This document shows positions 58,046-64,000 of a stretch of 64,000 nucleotides of DNA, piece by piece. A model generated the notes under the pieces. It made no database searches. It saw only the letters and a program-made list of their open reading frames with translations, and was not told the DNA's origin. The DNA is from Actinomycetota bacterium (GTDB taxonomy: Bacteria; Actinomycetota; Actinomycetes; S36-B12; UBA5976). Each line of letters starts with the position of its first letter. Position 1 is the first letter of the stretch. The stretch spans positions 1,236 through 65,235 of the forward strand of contig RFTJ01000003.1 in assembly GCA_009923495.1 (NCBI GenBank), given 5' to 3'. The translations under genes and the position numbers were made by a program.

Positions 58046-59800
58046 GTGGCTAAACAGCAGAAAATTACCTCGGTATTAATTGCCAACCGAGGCGAGATTG
58101 CAGTTCGAGTTATTCGTGCTTGTCGCGATGCCGGAATTGCCAGCGTCGCAGTTTACGCCGAGCCAGATCGCGATTCAATCCATGTCAAGATGGCAGATGC
58201 GGCGTTCTCCCTTGGTGGCAACACTGCAGCCGATAGCTACCTTGTCATTGACAAACTTATTGACGCAGCCAAGAAATCCGGGGCAAACGCAGTTCATCCT
58301 GGATATGGCTTTCTGTCAGAGAATGCTGATTTTGCTCAGGCTGTTATTGATGCTGGGTTGATTTGGATTGGACCACCACCTGCAGCAATCAGAGACTTGG
58401 GTGACAAAGTCTCAGCGCGTCACATTGCAGCCAAAGCAGGGGCCCCACAGGTTCCAGGTACGCCAGACCCAGTTACCAGTAGTGACGAAGTTGTAGCGTT
58501 TGCAAAAGAATTCGGTCTGCCAGTTGCAATCAAAGCCGCATTCGGTGGCGGTGGGCGCGGACTCAAAGTGGCGCGCACGTTGGAAGAAATCCCAGAACTC
58601 TACGATTCAGCTGTCCGCGAGGCCGTTGCAGCTTTTGGCCGTGGAGAATGTTTCGTGGAACGTTACTTGGATCGACCAAGGCATGTCGAAACTCAATGTC
58701 TTGCTGATGAGCATGGAAATGTGGTTGTGGTCTCAACTCGAGATTGCTCATTGCAACGTCGTCATCAAAAGCTTGTTGAGGAAGCGCCTGCACCTTACTT
58801 ATCGGATGCGCAAATTTCAGAACTTTATTCATCTAGTAAGGCGATTTTGCGCGAGGCAGGATACGTTGGCGCCGGTACTTGTGAATTCCTCATAGGACAA
58901 GATGGCACCATTTCGTTTCTTGAAGTTAATACTCGCCTTCAGGTAGAGCACCCAGTCTCAGAAGAAGTCACTGGAATTGACCTAGTTCGAGAACAATTCC
59001 GTATTGCCCAAGGCGAAGCACTTGGCTACGACGATCCAAAAGTTTCGGGGCACTCTATTGAATTTCGGATTAACGGCGAGGACCCAGGTCGTGGCTTCTT
59101 GCCTGCGCCCGGAACTTTGGACCAATGGACTTTACCCGCTGGCCCTGGTGTGCGGGTAGATACTGGCTTTGCCAAAGGTGACATTATTGGCGGAAACTTT
59201 GATTCACTTCTAGCCAAGCTGATAGTTACGGGAGCGACTCGTGATGAAGCAATTGCTCGGTCACAACGGGCACTGGCGGAATTTGAAGTTGCTGGAATAG
59301 CCACTGTCATTCCATTTCACAAAGTTGTCTTGACCGAATCGGCCTTTTCAGCAGCTGACGGAGATTTTGCGGTGCACACCCGGTGGATTGAAACGGAGTT
59401 CAATAACACTATCTCGCCATTTACTGGAACTGGTTCGGTTGAAGACTCTGATGATCACCGTGCTCCAATCACAGTCGAAGTCAATGGGCGCCGCGTAGAA
59501 GTTGTGCTCCCATCGTCATTTAGTGTGAATAATCCGAAAAAGCGTAAACCGACCAGAACGAAAAAAGCATTAGCCTCAACTACGGGTGACTCTGTAGTCG
59601 CTCCGATGCAAGGAACAATCGTCAAAATAGCCGTTACTGAAGGTCAAACGGTGGCTGCTGGTGAACTAGTTGTGGTACTTGAAGCCATGAAAATGGAGCA
59701 ACCATTAACTGCCCATAAAACGGGCACAATCAAGGGAATTAGCGCTGAAATTGGCGCTACTGTGACAAGCGGCACTGTGTTGCTAGAAATTGTTGACTAG
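58046..59800 (+). CDS. accA3: acetyl/propionyl-CoA carboxylase alpha subunit (biotin carboxylase + BCCP)
   Basis: ATP-grasp biotin carboxylase domain and a C-terminal biotinyl motif EAMKME. Confidence 0.9.
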   Translation: MAKQQKITSVLIANRGEIAVRVIRACRDAGIASVAVYAEPDRDSIHVKMADAAFSLGGNTAADSYLVIDKLIDAAKKSGANAVHPGYGFLSENADFAQAVIDAGLIWIGPPPAAIRDLGDKVSARHIAAKAGAPQVPGTPDPVTSSDEVVAFAKEFGLPVAIKAAFGGGGRGLKVARTLEEIPELYDSAVREAVAAFGRGECFVERYLDRPRHVETQCLADEHGNVVVVSTRDCSLQRRHQKLVEEAPAPYLSDAQISELYSSSKAILREAGYVGAGTCEFLIGQDGTISFLEVNTRLQVEHPVSEEVTGIDLVREQFRIAQGEALGYDDPKVSGHSIEFRINGEDPGRGFLPAPGTLDQWTLPAGPGVRVDTGFAKGDIIGGNFDSLLAKLIVTGATRDEAIARSQRALAEFEVAGIATVIPFHKVVLTESAFSAADGDFAVHTRWIETEFNNTISPFTGTGSVEDSDDHRAPITVEVNGRRVEVVLPSSFSVNNPKKRKPTRTKKALASTTGDSVVAPMQGTIVKIAVTEGQTVAAGELVVVLEAMKMEQPLTAHKTGTIKGISAEIGATVTSGTVLLEIVD

Positions 59801-59805
59801 CCCAG

Positions 59806-59826
59806 CGTTAGCCAGCCGTTAGCCAG
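59806..59826 (+). promoter_or_regulatory. tandem direct repeat CGTTAGCCAG x2 (11-nt period) upstream of sdhC
   Basis: Copies at 59806-59815 and 59817-59826, about 95-115 nt upstream of the sdhC start. Confidence 0.25.
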
Positions 59827-59919
59827 ATGTGACCTTGCTGACAATGTGCTCACTCACATAGGCACTTTTCCTTGTCTCTACTACGATTTAACTAGTATTC
59901 CCGCTCTGAAAGGGCACTA

Positions 59920-60309
59920 ATGGCATCGCTCCCCGCTGCTTTGTACCGTGGCCGTGAAGGCATGTGGTCTTGGGTTGCCCATCGCATCACGGGCGTAGCG
60001 GTCTTTTTCTTTCTTTTCACTCACGTTCTGGATACCGCATTGGTTCGAGTCTCACCGCAGGCCTACGACGCGGTTATCGACACCTACAAAACGCCGATTG
60101 TTAATTTTCTAGAAGTTGGACTCACTGGCGCTGTTTTGTATCACGCTTTAAATGGGATTCGACTAATCTTGGTGGACTTCTGGAGTAAGGGGCCGAAGTA
60201 TCACAGAGTAATGTTGTGGGCGATTAGTGCGCTTTGGGTCATCATTATGGTTCCTGGGTTTTACTTCATGACAAAACATACTTTTGAGCAAATGTTCGGC
60301 GGCAACTAA
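59920..60309 (+). CDS. sdhC: succinate dehydrogenase cytochrome b subunit
   Basis: 3 TM helices and a conserved His. First gene of sdhCDAB. Confidence 0.8.
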   Translation: MASLPAALYRGREGMWSWVAHRITGVAVFFFLFTHVLDTALVRVSPQAYDAVIDTYKTPIVNFLEVGLTGAVLYHALNGIRLILVDFWSKGPKYHRVMLWAISALWVIIMVPGFYFMTKHTFEQMFGGN

Positions 60310-60719
60310 TGGCCAATCAGTCCCCCAACACTGCTCTGCAAGCACCAAAGCTACAACGCGCTGGTCGAACAAATTATGAACTTTACTCATGGCTATTCAT
60401 GCGGATCTCGGGCATTATTTTGGTGTTCCTAGTACTCGGACACCTATTTATCATGAATATCCTTGACGGCGGAGTTCAGCGAATCAATTTCGCATTCGTA
60501 GCCGGCCGATGGGCAAGCCCCTTCTGGCAGGTGTGGGATTTAGTTCAACTTTGGTTAGCCATGTTGCATGGTGGAAATGGCCTTCGTACGATCATCAATG
60601 ACTACGCAGAAAGTGCCCGAACTCGGAAAATTCTGCAGGTGCTACTCGCCGTAACCGTGGTATTCATCGTACTTCTCGGAACTTTAGTTATTTTCACTTT
60701 TGATCCCAACATCAAGTAA
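60309..60719 (+). CDS. sdhD: succinate dehydrogenase hydrophobic membrane anchor subunit
   Basis: TAATG overlap with sdhC. 3 TM helices. Confidence 0.7.
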   Translation: MANQSPNTALQAPKLQRAGRTNYELYSWLFMRISGIILVFLVLGHLFIMNILDGGVQRINFAFVAGRWASPFWQVWDLVQLWLAMLHGGNGLRTIINDYAESARTRKILQVLLAVTVVFIVLLGTLVIFTFDPNIK

Positions 60720-60730
60720 TCAGGAGCCTG

Positions 60731-62473
60731 ATGCAAACCCATAAGTTCGACGTCATCATCGTGGGTGCTGGTGGTGCTGGAATGCGTGCTGCGCTGGAAT
60801 CTAGCTCACGGGCGAGCACTGCAGTACTGACTAAGCTTTACCCAACGCGCTCCCATACGGGTGCGGCTCAAGGCGGTATGTGTGCAGCGCTGGCTAACGT
60901 AGAAGAAGATAACTGGGAGTGGCATACATTCGACACCATTAAGGGTGGCGATTATCTGGTTGATCAAGATGCTGCCGAAGTTATGTGTAAAGAAGCAATT
61001 GACGCGGTCATCGATCTCGAGAAGATGGGTTTACCTTTCAACCGCACACCGGAAGGCAAGATTGATCAACGTCGGTTTGGTGGGCACACTCGCAACCATG
61101 GCGAAGCAGCTGTGCGACGCTCATGCTACGCCGCCGATCGTACTGGTCACATGATCCTGCAGACTTTGTACCAAAACTGCATTAAGCAGAATGTGGAATT
61201 TTTCAATGAGTTCTATGTACTCGACCTGTTGTTTAACAAAGATGGTGCTGGAAATCCCGTAACGGCCGGTGTGGTTGCTTACGAGTTAGCTACTGGTGAA
61301 CTACATGTCTTCCAAGCGAAAAGTGTCATCTTAGCCACAGGAGGCTACGGCAAAGTTTGGAAGACGACTTCGAATGCCCACACCTTAACTGGCGATGGTA
61401 TGGGCCTGGTGCTACGCAAAGGTTTACCGCTTGAGGACATGGAGTTTTATCAGTTCCACCCGACTGGCCTGGCAGGACTTGGGGTCCTTCTAACTGAAGG
61501 TGCTCGAGGTGAAGGTGGCATCCTGCGTAACGCCTCCGGTGAGCGTTTCATGGAACGCTATGCGCCAACAATCAAAGATTTAGCTCCTCGGGACATGGTG
61601 GCCCGGGCAATGGTGTTGGAAGTTCGCGAAGGTCGTGGTGCTGGTCCGCACAAAGACTATGTCTACCTGGACTTAACCCACTTGCCAGCCGAGCAGATTG
61701 AAACCAAACTGCCGGACATTATGGAATTTGCCCGAACCTACTTGGGTGTTGATCCACTAACTGAGCGAGTACCGGTATTCCCAACAGCCCACTATGCCAT
61801 GGGTGGCGTGCCAACAGATGTTACAACTAAGGTGCTGCGCAACAACACTGACTTTGTACCTGGTTTGTACGCTGCTGGTGAAGTTGCTTGTGTCTCCGTC
61901 CACGGAGCCAACCGCTTGGGCACAAATTCACTTCTCGATATCAACGTATTTGGTCGTCGGGCGGGTATAGCTGCTGCAGAGTACGCGCTCGAAGCGGACT
62001 TTGCTCCATTGCCGGAAAACCCCACAGGCGAGGTAGAGAGCTTACTCACCGAGGTGCTCAACAACTCAGGTAAAGAGCGCGTAGCAACCTTGCGCCGTGC
62101 CATGCAGGACACCATGGACTTGAATGCTCAGGTTTACCGCAATGAAGAAACATTGACGCAAGCGTTAACCGATGTGCGTGGCTTGAAGGCTCGACTAGCT
62201 AATGTTTCTATTCAAGATAAGGGAAAGCGCTACAACACAGATCTGCTTGAGGCGATTGAACTAGGCTTCCTGCTTGATTTGGCTGAAGTCACGGTTGTCA
62301 GTGCGCTCGCTCGAAAAGAGTCTCGTGGTGCACATGCCCGCGAAGATTTTCAGACTCGAGATGACGAAAATTTCATGCAGCATACGATGGCCTACCAGAT
62401 GGAAAATGAAATCAAGTTAGAGTACAAGCCAGTAGTGTTTACCCGCTATGAGCCAATGGAGCGTAAGTACTAA
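60731..62473 (+). CDS. sdhA: succinate dehydrogenase flavoprotein subunit
   Basis: [17 protein letters not shown] motif, HTGAAQGG (covalent FAD His) and HGANRLG. Confidence 0.93.
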   Translation: MQTHKFDVIIVGAGGAGMRAALESSSRASTAVLTKLYPTRSHTGAAQGGMCAALANVEEDNWEWHTFDTIKGGDYLVDQDAAEVMCKEAIDAVIDLEKMGLPFNRTPEGKIDQRRFGGHTRNHGEAAVRRSCYAADRTGHMILQTLYQNCIKQNVEFFNEFYVLDLLFNKDGAGNPVTAGVVAYELATGELHVFQAKSVILATGGYGKVWKTTSNAHTLTGDGMGLVLRKGLPLEDMEFYQFHPTGLAGLGVLLTEGARGEGGILRNASGERFMERYAPTIKDLAPRDMVARAMVLEVREGRGAGPHKDYVYLDLTHLPAEQIETKLPDIMEFARTYLGVDPLTERVPVFPTAHYAMGGVPTDVTTKVLRNNTDFVPGLYAAGEVACVSVHGANRLGTNSLLDINVFGRRAGIAAAEYALEADFAPLPENPTGEVESLLTEVLNNSGKERVATLRRAMQDTMDLNAQVYRNEETLTQALTDVRGLKARLANVSIQDKGKRYNTDLLEAIELGFLLDLAEVTVVSALARKESRGAHAREDFQTRDDENFMQHTMAYQMENEIKLEYKPVVFTRYEPMERKY

Positions 62474-63234
62474 TGCGTAAATCAAAAGTCATGGCAGCGG
62501 CTACTAGTGACGCTGAGGCGCTGCAATCATTCACAGTTAAGGTCAGTATTCGGCGATTTAATCCTGAAATTAGCGAAGACACCTATTTGGAAGATTTCGA
62601 AGTAGAGATGTATTCCACTGACCGAGTATTGGACGCCTTGCACAAAATCAAATGGGAACAAGATGGCTCACTTAGCTTCCGCCGATCCTGTGGGCACGGA
62701 ATTTGTGGCTCGGATGCCATGCGAATTAATGGCCTGAACCGATTGGCGTGCAAAACCTTGATGAAGGACTTGGATGTAACTAAGCCCATTGTAATTGAGG
62801 CAATCAAGGGTTTACCCCTGGAAAAAGATTTGATCGTCGACATGGAGCCATTCTTTGCTGCTTACCGCGAAGTCTTGCCATTCTTAATGCCAGCAAGTCC
62901 AGCCCCCGAGCGAGAGCGGATCCAGTCACAAGCAGAACGCGAGCGCTTTGATGACAGCACAAAATGCATTTTGTGTGCGGCATGTACCACTAGCTGTCCG
63001 GTGTTCTGGACCGACGAGCAGTACTTTGGTCCGCAGGCAATTGTCGGCGCCCATCGCTTTATCTTTGATAGCCGCGACGATGGCGCTCCAGAGCGACTGA
63101 AGGTGCTCAACTCCAAGGAAGGCGTGTGGCGGTGCCGCACAACGTTCAACTGCACCGACGCCTGCCCCCGTGGAATTCAAATTACCCAGGCAATATCTGA
63201 GGTTAAGCAAGCCATTATTCGTGGCAAGCTTTAA
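62473..63234 (+). CDS. sdhB: succinate dehydrogenase iron-sulfur subunit
   Basis: CGHGICGSD, CILCAACTTSCP and CTDACP cluster motifs. TAATG overlap with sdhA. Confidence 0.92.
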   Translation: MRKSKVMAAATSDAEALQSFTVKVSIRRFNPEISEDTYLEDFEVEMYSTDRVLDALHKIKWEQDGSLSFRRSCGHGICGSDAMRINGLNRLACKTLMKDLDVTKPIVIEAIKGLPLEKDLIVDMEPFFAAYREVLPFLMPASPAPERERIQSQAERERFDDSTKCILCAACTTSCPVFWTDEQYFGPQAIVGAHRFIFDSRDDGAPERLKVLNSKEGVWRCRTTFNCTDACPRGIQITQAISEVKQAIIRGKL

Positions 63235-63294
63235 GCCGCAACACTGACTCCCGCCTTTAACTCCACATAAATCCCATTTGAACTAGCCGAGTGG

Positions 63295-63338
63295 GAAAAA
63301 ATTTAGGGCCTTACCCTATCTGGATAAGACCCTAAATT
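63295..63338 (-). terminator. Rho-independent terminator for the lipoprotein gene (also closes sdhCDAB from the other side)
   Basis: 14-bp stem 63300-63313 / 63325-63338 (one G-U on the minus-strand RNA) with an 11-nt loop, followed on the minus strand by a U6 run (complement of 63296-63301). Confidence 0.5.
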
Positions 63339-63348
63339 AGAGAAGATA

Positions 63349-63918
63349 TTACTTGCCCGAGCAGCCATAGGCCTTACGGGTTGCATGGATGACTGCCTGC
63401 TGGACTGTCGAGTCGTAAGAGACTTCATTGGAAATGAATGTGCCAAGTGTGAAGTCGTCTACGCCAGAGGCCATGTATGAGCAAAGGGCACCTTGAGCGT
63501 AATCAAGTAGCTCCATGAAGAACCGCTTGTAGGTCAATGGATCGCTATTGTACTTTTCATCCCAACCCTTTTTATCCAAGCCAAGTTCTTTCTTGAGGGC
63601 AGTTTCAAAAGCCTTAGCCTTCTTGTCCAGTGTTGGCTCTGGGGTTGGCGTGACTTTAACGATATAAGGCTTCTTTGCCAGTGGCTTGTATGGAATCGGA
63701 TCCTTGTGCTTAACGGTTGGTTTTGGAACAGCAGTTGGCTTCTTGGAAGCGGTGGGCGATGCTGATGCTGATGCTGATGCTGAAACAGAAGCAGAAGCAG
63801 AAGCTGAAGGTTCAGCCTTATTCTTCCCGCGGCCACATGAACTTAGACTGACAACCATCGTTAAGCCAACAACGAATACTGAAATTTTCTTTAAACTGCT
63901 AACGGAATTCTTACTCAT
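63349..63918 (-). CDS. hypothetical lipoprotein with an Ala/Ser-repeat linker
   Basis: Signal peptide plus lipobox LSSCG, then ASASASVSASASASASP. AAGGAGAAGGA lies upstream of ATG 63918. Confidence 0.6.
   Translation of the reverse strand: MSKNSVSSLKKISVFVVGLTMVVSLSSCGRGKNKAEPSASASASVSASASASASPTASKKPTAVPKPTVKHKDPIPYKPLAKKPYIVKVTPTPEPTLDKKAKAFETALKKELGLDKKGWDEKYNSDPLTYKRFFMELLDYAQGALCSYMASGVDDFTLGTFISNEVSYDSTVQQAVIHATRKAYGCSGK
63758..63809. repeat. in-frame hexanucleotide tandem repeats (GATGCT)x4 and (CAGAAG)x3-4 inside the lipoprotein gene
   Basis: GATGCT units at 63758-63781. CAGAAG units at 63786-63803 plus a CTGAAG variant. They encode the (Ala-Ser)n tract. Confidence 0.8.
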
Positions 63919-64000
63919 TTTCCTTCTCCTTAACCTTTGCGACTAAGCCTGCTGTTAGTGTACCGCAGTATTGAAGACTTGTTAAATAGAGAAATCTGAA

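Noticed and set aside
59845-59858. CRP/GlxR-like site TGTGCTCACTCACA upstream of sdhC
   Set aside because: The half-site spacing is TGTG-N6-CACA, two nt shorter than the TGTGA-N6-TCACA consensus, so it does not fit a CRP-family operator.
1-64000. Search for CRISPR arrays, IS elements, integrases, tRNA/rRNA genes, toxin-antitoxin pairs and known defence-system signatures
   Set aside because: No spaced direct repeats, terminal inverted repeats, transposase, recombinase or phage-like ORFs, or cloverleaf-capable spacers were seen. Every ORF over 100 aa outside shadow frames is assigned to a housekeeping family. PhoH2 is the only toxin-like protein.

Overview
This is a densely packed, collinear stretch of an actinobacterial chromosome. 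Lineage markers are mycothiol deacetylase mshB, a mycoredoxin-like CxxC protein, the AdnAB-type double helicase-nuclease pair, moeZ, an mtrA-like regulator, accD5-accE5-accA3, DUF3107, DUF3117 and DUF4245. The moderate-to-low GC look, the tiny spacers and the many 1-4 nt start/stop overlaps suggest a streamlined (possibly freshwater) actinobacterium; that is inference only. Gene order is a patchwork of blocks that are conserved but separate in mycobacteria: uvrD2-nudC-adnBA-moeZ-rhlE; mgtE-like-DUF1003-mrp-tatB-htrA; dapE/dapD; fdx-dapC; mshB-lpqW-like-typA; ychF-ispH-xseA; phoH2; hpf-comF-mtrA; birA-accD5-accE-maf-accA3; sdhCDAB. I found no rRNA, tRNA, CRISPR array, transposase, integrase, prophage or recognisable defence island, and no multi-gene novel system that I can defend. 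The points worth a second look are local. (1) The largest non-coding gap (2101-2570) holds a 71-nt extended hairpin and a same-orientation cluster of DnaA-box-like 9-mers, one of them a perfect TTATCCACA complement. (2) A multi-helix RNA with a candidate pseudoknot lies between comF and hpf, the typical position of the raiA-motif ncRNA. (3) Two conserved genes (DEAD-box helicase, dapC) have conserved N-terminal coding sequence upstream of any ATG/GTG/TTG. (4) mrp/apbC carries an internal deletion plus a frameshift. (5) xseB is inverted relative to xseA. (6) The mtrA-like regulator has no mtrB/lpqB, and htrA-tatB has no sigE-rseA. (7) An orphan E1/ThiF-like protein has an RRE-like N-terminus. 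(8) An 802-aa membrane fusion contains a probably inactive kinase-like domain. All product calls rest on reading the supplied translations and on remembered family signatures and synteny; no alignment or database search was run.
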